From: Guillardia theta CCMP2712
Lineage: Eukaryota; Protista; Cryptophyta
Length of the DNA: 64,000 bases
Assembly: GCF_000315625.1 (NCBI RefSeq)
Contig: NW_005434669.1
Location: forward strand, 842,330-906,329
Reading direction: 5' to 3'
Shown piece by piece: positions 35,928-46,724 of the stretch (the first letter of the stretch is position 1; each line of letters starts with the position of its first letter). Under the pieces are notes generated by a model. That model did no database searches. It was given only the letters and a program-made list of their open reading frames with translations, and was not told the origin of the DNA. The translations under genes and the position numbers were made by a program.

Positions 35928-38715
35928 ATGTGCATTCTGGGAGTTGGAGTTGGAAGATGTTTTCCTCTCTTCCTCGTCAGGTTGATCTCTCTGCTCGTGA
36001 TCTGCAGATGCCTTGATGTGAGATCAGAGCCGGTAGACCCATCCGCATCCTCTCAGTGCCTAAAGGAGATCGTTCCACATGCTGGATACCGCGTTTCGTT
36101 CCAAGAGCTGCAAGATTTCTACCTAGTTGTACAAATCAACTGTGCAGGATTTGCTCGTGCCCGCCAGTTCTCTCTAGTGATAGGCGGCAAGACCACCTCT
36201 GTGAGCGAGTGCGAGTCCGACCTCCTTGAAGTCCCGGTCAGGATCTATCGGGGGAATCTCGCCTGGAAGTATGTTGTGGATCGGGAGGACGGTACGGTTG
36301 AGGAGAGAGAATTCCAGTTCAGTGCGCTTCCTCTCCATGAGCCCTCGATCTCCTTGAGCTTTCCGTCGCCGGGGTTCTCATTCAGAAAAGGAGTTCCGTT
36401 CTTCTTCATCTCACAGCTGTCGGAACAGGAGGAGGCGCATGAGTTCGGCTATCCTCGCTTCTTCCTTGAGATCAGCCTGACCTCTGTAAGCGATGCTGAA
36501 AGATTCTTCAGGTTTACGTGGGGATCAGAGAAACAGCTCTCGCTTGACAACTACGTTCAACCCAGCCAGAGCATGGTGGTGATGGAAGATGTTGACTTCC
36601 CAGTCGGCAACTACACCCTCAACATTCGTCTGCTGGATGGGTACAAGCAGTTTTCAGGTGCTGAGACAAGTACGACGGTTGAGATCAATCAACAGCTCGA
36701 TTATGTTCCCTTCGAGAGTGACTTCAGCGTTGCTGAATGCCAAGAAGAGGGAAACATGGATGAGAGGTGCGGGAATGGAGGTGCAGTAGAGGGATGCGGG
36801 CACGACATGCTGCGGGATGCTTCCTGGTTGCCTACGATTGATCCCTTGCATTCAATACATCGTTGCGCAAACACTCTGGCTTTCACTGAAAGAGTGGAGG
36901 AGCTTTACAAGGTAATACGATATGATCAGGCATAGTTGCTGGAATCACGCTGACGTTGTTCAGGCGATAGATAATGTCGTCAAACCTGTTGATGCTGCCA
37001 GGTGCAATTCTGCTGTTCGTTTCAGGAATTCTTTCATATCCTCAGTAGGTAACACGAGAAAGTGACATGTTTTGGACAGAGGGGACATTGCGAGTGCCTT
37101 TGGAACCAACGTCCGGGCTCTTCTGCTTGCTATCGCGCGCAGTATGGCGCAGCAGGAACACCTTGTGTTTGAGGGACACTGGGAGTACTTAACATACAGG
37201 TATGCGATGCTATGGACATTTATGTGACCACCGAATGTCTTCCTAATCGTGCTCTGCAGATCTTGTCCAAGCGGACACATCTCATGTTACTTTGAGAATG
37301 TTTTTTCGTGCAACACCAGCTCAGGAAGACTGTACGAACGGCCAAAGAGCGCCGACGAAGTTGATGGTGACGGATCATAGAATTTGCGCGATCCCCCAAT
37401 GTGAAACTTGCCTTTAGATCCCCCGATGGATGAGTATCGCATTGGCGTTTCTCGAGTCTTCAATCTTCGGCAAAACCCAGCCATGTTTCGAGCCGAGAGC
37501 ACCTTCTGGTTCCTATCTCATGGTCTTCCCGCCTAAGTCCTTCGCTGTTCTGGTCTGACTTTCTTTTCAGCGGCCGACTACATCCTCCAGCCTAACCTGA
37601 GGATGAAGAATCTTGTGAGACAGGCAAAGGCAGCAGTCAACTTCCGTTCTCCTGTCATCGGGGTCCATATTCGACAGGGAGATTCTTGCCATGCTGGGAC
37701 GGGAAGGAAATGCTTCAAAACAGGTGCGATTATTTGGTTGTCCTTCCCTCTGTACTCTTGTTCTTGTGTATATGTTGTCCCAGCTTTAGTCGATCTTATA
37801 TCCACCTCATGTTCTATCACGTGTAGTGAATGTTCTGCTCCAGGAGATTATGTACAGGCTGTCAGAAACATGTCAGATCTGTATGGAGTAAGGACGGTCT
37901 TCGTTGCATCAGACAATGCCGGTAAGATCCGAGTTGAAAGGCTTTGCTTGTTCAAGCTGATGATGAACATATTGATACAGACATCATCATCGAACTTCGT
38001 CAACTGCATCCGGAGGTCGACTGGCTCACTCTGCCACAGAGGAGACATGCGGGCGAGCTGAAAGGAACCCTCCCACAAGTGATAAACCCCATCCTCCGAA
38101 CAAGGTTGGAAAATAGTTGCATGCGTTCCTCTTTGCATTCTGATAAGCTGGACAAGGATGGGACTGATAGACAGGCGCCTAGTTGCGGAAGCGAGTCTGG
38201 TCTTTTACTAGGGAAGGGAGGGCAAAGGGTCTAGTGACGAAGGGTGCAGGTTGATCTCTTGCTCCTGAGGGACTGCGACTACTTCATCGGCCAGTTCTCC
38301 TCCGCATTTAGCCTGCTGGTGCGAAACATCACCGTGGCATCCCCTCCTTTCCGTCTTCTGCTCTCAAGCTTCTGAGCCGTGACTGTCGCCTCTCTCCTAC
38401 CTTCAACTTCAAAGTTTCAGAGCATTCTCTCCCTCCCTCCCTTCCTCCCTCCCTCCCTCCTCTCCCTCCCTCCCTCCCTCCCCTCGCTCCTCTCCCTCTC
38501 TCCCTCCTTCTCTTGTCCATTCACTCACTCTTGTCCATTCACTCTCCCTCTCTCATCCATAGCCTTGCAGTATTGACATGCTTCTCAGGCTCTAGAACTT
38601 TCAGCCGCGCGCAAAGTACTGGTATCCTCGTTTATTCACCGTGCTGACCAGCATGCAGGGGTTCATACCTCCTTACATCGGCATGGATGGGCCATGGCAG
38701 AGCCTTGTGAACTGA
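35928..38715 (+). CDS. Secreted/membrane GT23-like (FUT8/NodZ-type) fucosyltransferase with an N-terminal beta-rich extension
   Basis: PVIGVHIRQGDSC, VFVASDN, VDLLLLRDCDYFIGQFSSAFSLL|ALEL..|GFIPPYIGMDGPW: GDP-fucose-binding motifs I-III; hydrophobic N-terminus. Confidence 0.85.
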
Positions 38716-38871
38716 ACATCTGGAGGAAGAAGATGCCTCAGATGACGAGCTGCAGGAAGCAAGCTCGTACAGCTATGTGTCCGTCCCTCAGCAGGATTCG
38801 ACAACAATAAAACCCGCAGACCATGGTTTCTTCCTGATACAAGTTTACAACATTCCAGACCTTTGTTCTTC

Positions 38872-39199
38872 TTATCTTGGAGTCACAGGGCCGGCGCCTT
38901 TGGGCTTGCTGGCTTCCGCTGGCATCTCGGACAACACGGAGGTGATGGACTTGGAGTACCTCCTCCATGCCAGGAAGTTGGAGAGGATAAGGACTACGAG
39001 GAGCATCGAGCCGATGACAGAAAGCCTGACGATCTGGCAGGGAAGGAAGCAAAGGGGTCAGCAAGAAAGCCTCTAACCTCCGAGATGTAGAGCAAACCTG
39101 TGACATATCCAGCTGTACGCTGTCTATCTGACCCGAAGGAAGGAACCCCTCGGACTGGATGATGCTCGACTCGTCGTCAGGGATCACAATCCCCTCCAT
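38872..39199 (-). CDS. Small single-pass membrane protein (~87 aa)
   Basis: MEGIVIPDDE..LDMSQ, intron 39097-39034, then IVRLSVIGSMLLVVLILSNFLAWRRYSK..PVTPR*. Confidence 0.6.
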
Positions 39200-39289
39200 C
39201 CTGCCCCTCTCAGTCTCTGATCGCCTCCTCCCCTCAGACCGTCAGGGTGTCAACGCTGGGGAGAGAACGAGAGCGCAGGAAGCGCTTGA

Positions 39290-40090
39290 GCGAGGCGGGT
39301 CCACCTCAGGACGGACCCGCGGTCCGTGGCACCGTCACTGTACCATCCGATCCGATCATCGGCGGGGTACGGTACCGGGTACGGCCGGCCGGGGCCCGGG
39401 GGGGGGGGTGCCGGCGGCGGCCGGAGGCCGGGCCCAACCTGCGGCCGCGCAGTCAGATGAAAGTTGATCCGGGCCGCCCGGCGGCCGCCCGGCCCCCGGC
39501 CTGCGGGCCCGCACTGCACACCCCCGGGGTGATGGCGCGGCCGGGATCGGACCGTGCCGCTGCGGCCGGCCAGCCAGACACTGAGACTCTCGGACTCTCT
39601 GGCACGGCCGCCGGCCCTCCGACTCCGTGAACCTCGGAACCGTTCAGTTGAACACGGCACGGTGACTCTCACTGTCACCTGAGCTAGGAGTGCAGTGCGG
39701 CACTCTGGCACTGAGCGGCCGCCGGCCCGGCCGCCGCCGGTCACCGGTTCAACTGACCGTACCGTCCGGCGGACCGTACTCTGTGAGCACTGTGCTAGTA
39801 AGCCGGGCCGGCCTGGGGCCGGGCCGGTCCGAGTCACCTGGCACCGCAGGGCCGGGCGGCCTGGCCGCGCGCGGCCGCAGCAGTGCCGCGGCCGGGCAAG
39901 CCTCCGCCTCAGTACGGGCCGCCCAACTCAACCGTGCTGACACGGTCAGAGTACTCCGACGGACAGAAGATGCAGCTAGAGAACTTCCGAACTCGGAAAG
40001 TGTCACTCAGTGACACTCGGATCAGCCTGAGTATTGAAAAGTTTAGTCACATGTTCCGAAACTTCGGGTGACCGATCTAACGTGACCCCG
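39290..40090. promoter_or_regulatory. Intergenic GC-rich palindrome island E
   Basis: ACGGACC-CGC-GGTCCGT at 39311-39327; GGCCGCGCGCGGCC at 39863-39876; AGTGTCACT-C-AGTGACACT at 39999-40017. Confidence 0.55.
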
Positions 40091-40130
40091 GCAGCGAAGT
40101 AATTCCGGGCAACAAACTTAGATCGAGTAG

Positions 40131-40404
40131 AAATATCAAAGTGCTTTAGCACGCATGGAGCTCAAGAATGACCAAGTGGAAAGCTTAGACGTGAGATTGA
40201 ACTTTGTTCACAAGAACTTGCTATAAACAAACAGGTAAGAACTATTCCCTGTACTTGTCTCCGGCGCGTTCTTGACAGCGCATGGCGCAGTGTTCCGGGG
40301 TGAGTCCCCCAAAACGGATTTGGTCGGTTGAGGCAGGTATAATCTGTTTCACGCATAACTGCTCTTCGACAGAAAGAACTTCAGTAACGGCGGAAGCGAG
40401 CTGA
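40131..40404 (+). pseudogene. 5'-truncated, frameshifted coiled-coil gene remnant
   Basis: KYQSALARMELKNDQVE, then a 1-nt shift to KLRREIELCSQELAINKQ, followed by intron GTAAGA..GACAG (40235-40278) and a second intron; no upstream exon because it abuts island E. Confidence 0.35.
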
Positions 40405-40845
40405 CACAAGTTAGTGCCCGGCCAGGTGAATCCCCTGCTCTGCTCAGTCTGCTCTGCTCTGCTCTGCCTATTCTGCTCTGCTCTGTCATTGCTCTGCCAG
40501 TGCTCTGCCAGTGCGGCCAGTGCCCTGCCCTGCCCTGCCCTGCCCTGCTCAAGCAACCTGGCACGGACCGTTGCCATGCACACCCGACTCCTCTGCTCTC
40601 TTTGTTCATTAGTTTGCTTGCATAGTTTTGTCGAGCGTTTGCGAGTATTTCGATCGAATTTGATGCCTTGCCACACTTTTTCAGTTGAAGGAGAGATAGA
40701 TCAAGAAACCGCAAGAGACCAGTTCTACTTGAGCTTATCAGCAAGTAGTATCTGTTCACAAAGTGTTGGTTCAGAGTTTGAGCAGGGTGGTGGTGAATCT
40801 GGTTTGAATTCATTATAATACACATGATTATCTACAACATTAAGG

Positions 40846-41121
40846 CTAAAATTTGGTGAAGACCGTCAAGTTTTCAATGCTTGGTAGTTTTACTACGTCG
40901 CCTTCATTCCTTTTGCTGATTTCGGATTCCAAGAAATTTATGCATTCCCACAAGCACATGAGCTTTTTCTTCTTGACCGAGGAGAATTCGGACCATGTTT
41001 GTTTTGAAAGATCAAACGGCACCAAGAATTCCTCGCAATCAGAGCACGAAGACTCGGCTTCATCGATTTGTGGCTCTGTGGCTGCAAGGCTATCGAAAGC
41101 AGGCTGATTTGAAGACATCAT
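40846..41121 (-). CDS. 91-aa intronless microprotein, paralog of 41818-42075; possible basic-less HLH
   Basis: MMSSNQPAFDSL..PFDLSKQTWSEFSSVKKKKLMCLWECINFLESEISKRN..LPSIEN; 24 of 50 identical residues without gaps to the divergent partner. Confidence 0.8.
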   Translation of the reverse strand: MMSSNQPAFDSLAATEPQIDEAESSCSDCEEFLVPFDLSKQTWSEFSSVKKKKLMCLWECINFLESEISKRNEGDVVKLPSIENLTVFTKF

Positions 41122-41817
41122 GTTTGAACAAGGGTTGTAGGGTATCAGGTAGGGTATCAGAGAGGACCTCAAAGCTATGAAACGAGGGAGGAGATGGAAG
41201 AAGTGCGGGAAAGTGGTTGACCGCAACTAACGCGAGGGACAGAGGAAGTGGGAGATTCGCGCAGTGACAGTCCTTTTATGTCGTGTGTAGTAAAATGACC
41301 TCCTTCGTTACAACACAGAGGTCAGCAAATCAGCCGAGTGGTCACGAGAGCAACCAATGAGCGTTGTATGCACCGAAGAGTTGTCATTTTGGGACTTTAC
41401 AACACATAGAAGATTTGCCCATTGAGGAAGAGAAGACAACTGCGGCCAAAACAGGGAACGTTTACGAGTGTTAATCAAGTTATACGTTTGTTGTTTACAA
41501 CAAGATACCAATTTTACGACATAGGACAGGTGTTCCGAGCTGTGGCAAACGTTGCGAGATCCCTTTCCGCGTGACCCGGCGACCTCTTGGACTATCACAT
41601 GACCCACCAGATGACGTGCAATATGTTTTTTTGCGAAAATAGATAATTCTTTTCTGCATCTCCGAGCTCTCTCGGCTTCCGTCTCCTTGCGATTGTTGCG
41701 ATCTTTTGACTTGCATTTCACTGCTTCCGTGTTGTTATATGAAACATCCTCTCCCCCATCCTACCATCCTCCTCTCTTGCCACTCAACAATCAACCCGCA
41801 AAAGCCCCACCACTCGT

Positions 41818-42075
41818 ATGCACGCTGACCAGCCATGCTTCGGTACGCTCATAGCCTCGACTGCTCAAGATGACTATGACATTGAAACAATCCAATCTCA
41901 TGACAACTTTCTCCCATTCCATGTGTCAGCCCAAGAATGGATAGACTTCTCATACTCAAAGCAAAGAAAACTTAAGTGTCTATGGAATACAATCCAAAAC
42001 ATAGAAATTAGTATCGGGAAATCAAATGGTTTGCAACCAGTGGACCTTCCTAGCCTAGAAAATCCATGGTGGTAA
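41818..42075 (+). CDS. 85-aa intronless microprotein, paralog of 40846-41121; possible basic-less HLH
   Basis: MHADQPCFGTL..PFHVSAQEWIDFSYSKQRKLKCLWNTIQNIEISIGKSN..LPSLEN; TATA-like TTATATGAAA at ~41735 and a pyrimidine-rich leader. Confidence 0.8.
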   Translation: MHADQPCFGTLIASTAQDDYDIETIQSHDNFLPFHVSAQEWIDFSYSKQRKLKCLWNTIQNIEISIGKSNGLQPVDLPSLENPWW

Positions 42076-42429
42076 CTCATAGGTTCCAAAGCGCGCATTT
42101 TGTTTTTGTTTGTCATGTACAGCGGTAGACAATTAGCAAAGAAGGAGTCGAATTTTGTAAATAAACGCTCCTAAAAAGTCCCCGGTATTGATGTGGGAAT
42201 GGATACAGGGATATTGAATAAGAAAATTCATGAAACATTCGCTCAGTTACACTGTGACAAGGGCTGTTGCTCTGAGCGTCTACATCAAGTCACCTTCTCC
42301 TCTGCCTCAGGCTCATCCCTCAAGCCTGGCTGCGACCATCGTCATAGCTCCAGTGTGTCGAACGTCGGACTGCCAATGAAAGTGACATAGCTCTTTGCCA
42401 AGTTGTCCTGTTCGGGGGCAAGAACCGTT

Positions 42430-43255
42430 CGGGATCACTGATCGCCGAGTCGATTGGCGCCACGGTACCGTACAGTGCCGGAGTCAGACGGTTCCGCCCG
42501 CTGAGCCGCAAGGCGGCCGCTGTATGTCACACGGCGGATCGGATCACAATCCGATCCGTCATCACGGCCCGGACTGAGGCGAGTCCCGGCGACGGACGCC
42601 TCCGGCGGCGGGCCGTGCGGCGATCAATTGACTCGAATGATTGAGCCCGGCCCACTTGCGCCAACCGTTGACTCAGTGAACTTCCGTTGAACGGCGGCCC
42701 GGTTCCGAAGCCGGCCTTCAAGGAAGCCTCCACCGTACTACCGTACGGTCCGATCACCGTCGCCGGCGGCGGGCCGCGGCCCACGGGGGCCGTGGCACCG
42801 GCGGCCCGGCCCCGGCCACCGGCCGCCGGGGCGGCCCGGCCGCCGGGTCACGGCCGGGCCGGGCCGGGCGCGGCGCGTCCGTCGGGTCACAGTGGTGACA
42901 CTAGTCGGACTGTAGGCTGGCCGCCCGGTCACAGTGGGCCTTGTAACGGCTTCCCGGCCGGGCGATCATCGTGTCACAGTCAGTCGGCCGCGGACCTGAG
43001 TCACCGGGAGTCACACCGGCGGCCGGGGCCCGGGGTACCGTACCGTGGCTAGTACAGTACGGTCCGGCCGGCCCCGGCCCGGCCCCCGCCCGGCGGCGGG
43101 GCCCCACTGCTGGCCGGCCCGGATGGCAATCCTGACGCCACGGTTGGCTCGGCCGGGTCGGCACGGATCATCATCTGAGTCGCCGCCGGGAAGTTTTCGG
43201 TGGCGCGGCCGCGGGCGGCGCCGCCCGCCCCTGGCAGTCCGGCCAGGCCCGGCTG
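42430..43255. promoter_or_regulatory. Intergenic GC-rich palindrome island F
   Basis: CGGATCGGAT-CACA-ATCCGATCCG at 42535-42558; ACGGTACCGT at 42462-42471; ACCGTACGGT at 42740-42749; ends at (GGGT)4. Confidence 0.55.
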
Positions 43256-44893
43256 GGTGGGTGGGTGGGTGGAAGGGGGGGGTGCGTACAGTTTACGACC
43301 CCGTAACCTTACAGCAGGAACCGTCATAATAAAACTTGTAAAATGGTGCGGGTCAGAGTGAATGATGACCGGGATGTATGAGGGTCAGTAGTGAGTTCAA
43401 TCCTGAACATCTGCATTCGAGGGTGGGTGGTATTGAAATGGAATCGCACTGGGTGGGGGTGCAGTAGACGGAATACGGTAGGGTGCTCTGTTGCAGATCA
43501 ATTTCATGTCATAGAGAGGTTGCCCTCATACCTATACGCAAATGTACGAGGATCCCCTTGATGGACCAATGGCGTAATTAAGATATGCAGGGGCTCTAGG
43601 AATCAAGTTCGTCAGAGCTCTACGAGTGGAAAGACAGCGTTTTGTGAAGCCTTGCCCCTCGGAGTGGGGTGTGTTAATGGTTGGTAGTACATGCAACAGG
43701 TAGGGTGCTGAAGTAAGGGAAGGTCCGTGTTTTACGACTATGAGCGAAGGTTGGGTAGTGAATCAGTTGGAATCCTTTAGTAGGTAGGGGTACAGTAAGT
43801 GAGGCAAATAAAGGATGATCCTGAGAGAGAGGTGTAGGTGTAGGACCATCCCTACATCTACTGTTGGTAGTAAACTATAGGCAGGGTTCCACTGGGGTGG
43901 TGTATAGTTTCAATAGGGTAGGTGAGGTTACTTCTGGCTGGATGATGTATGGGTAGGGTCATATGGGAGCAGAACCCTTGTTGGGGTGGGTGGATCGTCG
44001 TTGGGATAGGTAAAGGGGGAGGGAGGCCACGTCCTGGTGCCTCGCGCGAACAGGCGCAATACGAATCATTGCAAAACTTGAACGATTCGAGCACACTCAC
44101 CCTCTTAAAAGTGTGGGGGCTAAATTGTGTACCAAAATTGAATCATTTGGTACATAAACAAAAAGGTAATAGCAGCATCGTGTACCCAAAGCAATCAAAA
44201 TTTTACATCTTATAAATTTTATCTCGTCAAGTCTCGTTTTTAAGTGGTATTTATATTGATAAATTGTTTTAATATCTTCGGACTGGAGGCTGTTTGTACC
44301 CATCGAAATATCAAATAGATATGAAAATATTTTAGTGGTAATGAATTTGTGACGTACAAAAGAACCGGTACCAACATTGTATTCTGGATCTTGGCCTACA
44401 ACAAGTTCTTAATTTAAAAAGGCGATTATTGAGTCCCGCTTTGAACCTTCTCTTTCCGTCAGTTTTCAGCAGAGGCTCTGAATTTCCATTTTGAATTGAA
44501 CTAGAGTATCTAAGTTTCAATACATAGAACTTCATGAGAAATTGTTACTAAAACTTTAAGAACCTTTGTTGCGTGGGCAACCCCTTCCGATATCTCGTGG
44601 AGATGTTGCATCAAGGACCTGCGATGACGCACTTGGCGGGCATGCGTTGCCTGGGGAGGGGAGGGAGAGTTGAGGATCAAACCATGGAAGGAAGCAGGAG
44701 AGAGGGTGTTTATATATTTCTGCAGCCACTAGATGGTCACATTTTGCGAGGTTCTCCTCGTTATGCCCCGCGAAGTTGCCTTGACGCAGCATCGCACGCA
44801 AATCCTCGGAATGTAGAAACTCCCCTTTTTCGCTCGTTGTCAAACCTCTGCCCTGGTACCTGACCATTTCTCTGTTTTGCAGAAGCGAATACG

Positions 44894-46505
44894 ATGATGA
44901 GTGCGGCTTCTGTCTTATCCAGCAAGAGGTCGACAACGGAAATGCCCAACACTCGGCGGGATCCGTCGCGAATGATCGATTTTCGTGCCCTTCAATCGGG
45001 GAAGCCTTCGTCCTACCCCGGATCCAACAGCACCTACATGTCTGATGTGGTGTGTAGTACTTGTGTCTGAGATGTCACTGGGTAATCCTGCGATGCTAGT
45101 CCTTCGAGATGAATAGCAGCGTGCGCCTGTCACACAAGCAAGTCGAGCAATACAGAAGAATGAAGGCGAAGGAATACTTCGATCAGCTTCGTGATCTTTT
45201 ACCAAACAAGGACATCAGATGCGATAGGAACAAGTGAGTTATTTGCCACGCTTCTGCCTCGCCTGTGATGCTCTGTTTCAGGATACTCCAGGAGGCGATC
45301 AACTTCCTGAAGGACGTGAAAGGCATGAAAACGAGTCCATGGAACTCGCCCGAGGTGCGGTGCTTGTTTTTCAATCAAGCATGGTAGAAATTATCAACTG
45401 ATTGTCAAACAGGCAAGTGAGTCTGGGCTTCAGTTCGAGATGGAAGACATTGAGCAAGAAATGAACTCGTCAAAGGCGCTAAGGTCTGCTTACGCGATTG
45501 TGATGCCAGGATCTGATGGATGAAGCAGCCACAATGAGGTAGAACAAAGGAGGAGACAGATGGCAAAACAACTATTTGAAGAGCTGAGAGCTCTGCTGCC
45601 AGACTCAGGTTGCTTCCTTTGCGTTGAAACTCCCTTCGGTTGTGTTCTGAAACTCGGGGCCAGGGAAACATGACAAGAATACAATCCTTCTCAATACCAT
45701 TCAAACTATTCGCAAGCTAAGACAGAGTAAAGCTCAAACATCTTCAGATGATGTAGGTGTGACCCTTGTGTTTGCTTGAGGGCTGACGACTTTTACAGAT
45801 AAACGATGTCAAGGAAATACGAGTAGGATCCATCGACTCGATTTGCTCAGCTCCGAAGTGTGTTGAAATCGTCTCGAGACAAGCTCTTTTGTTCTCATTA
45901 CCCCTGTGCAGTGGAATATCAGAAGAAGAAAGCAAGAAGCCCTCTCTCTCCTTCTCGCCATCGTTGTCTGCTATGCCCTCGTCATTGCCGGAGCGAATGC
46001 CGCACAGCATAGCTATGTTGTCATCCTCTCTCCCTGATAGTGACAGTCGAAGGTCAGTTCTCCCAGCTAGCTGAAACTTTGAATTGACATGCTCCTTGCA
46101 AATAGGGGAAGGAAGCGTTTACCACAGTCGATTCCATTCCCTGCAGGAGCCACCTTTGCCAGCTTTGCGGAATTCAGCAAACAGATGGAAGACGCGGGAG
46201 ATAAGAAGAGGAAAGTTTGTGAGTCAGACGATGCTAGCGAGGGGCATGGAGCGCCATCGGATGTTCTTGAGAACGAGGAGGACACGAAAGAATTCCTGAA
46301 GAGCGTGAGGGGGCTGTGCGAGGAGGAGTGCGATCGGAGGATTAGTCTGGAAGATGAGGCGCTCGCCTTCGAGGCTCTGAGCCTTCTCTCCGAATGTGCG
46401 GAGAGGATCAGTCAACCCAACACTCCCGTAGTCGCTCCGATCAGGAATGTCCCTTCGCTGGATTCCGCCATGTCACTGAGCTATGTGCTCTCACCCATCC
46501 GGTGA
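44894..46505 (+). CDS. Transcription factor with two tandem bHLH domains
   Basis: Exons 45100-45233 and 45282-45354: RLSHKQVEQYRRMKAKEYFDQLRDLLPNKDIRCDRNKILQEAINFLKDV. Exons 45529-45608 and 45664-: LSHNEVEQRRRQMAKQLFEELRALLPDSGKHDKNTILLNTIQTIRKL. All introns are GT-AG and in phase. Both domains are missed by the ORF track; start codon uncertain. Confidence 0.88.
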
Positions 46506-46724
46506 AGTCAAAATATTTGTTACAGGAAGTTACTTATTTGACACATAAACCTATCCTATGATACGTGTTGGATGTCTTGTTGATCGGAACTCTGACCTTG
46601 TTGTGAGAGATTGCTGTCGTGCTAATATCAACACTGATTTTCACCTCACGAAGTTTGCTCATTGTAACCAAGTGATGTTTAAATCTAGATGAGAATTCCT
46701 CTCATTCGCGTCTTAGCAAACATG

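Noticed and set aside
39247-40013. Pro/Arg/Gly/Ala-rich ORFs in GC islands (also 12614-13120 and 42687-43329)
   Set aside because: Stop-codon scarcity from high GC; overlapping in many frames; no domains or splice signals
41818-42075. Microproteins as RWP-RK domain fragments (RKLKCL resembles RKLKSL)
   Set aside because: They lack RWP and the preceding helix-turn-helix (AAxxLGV..TxLK..CR)
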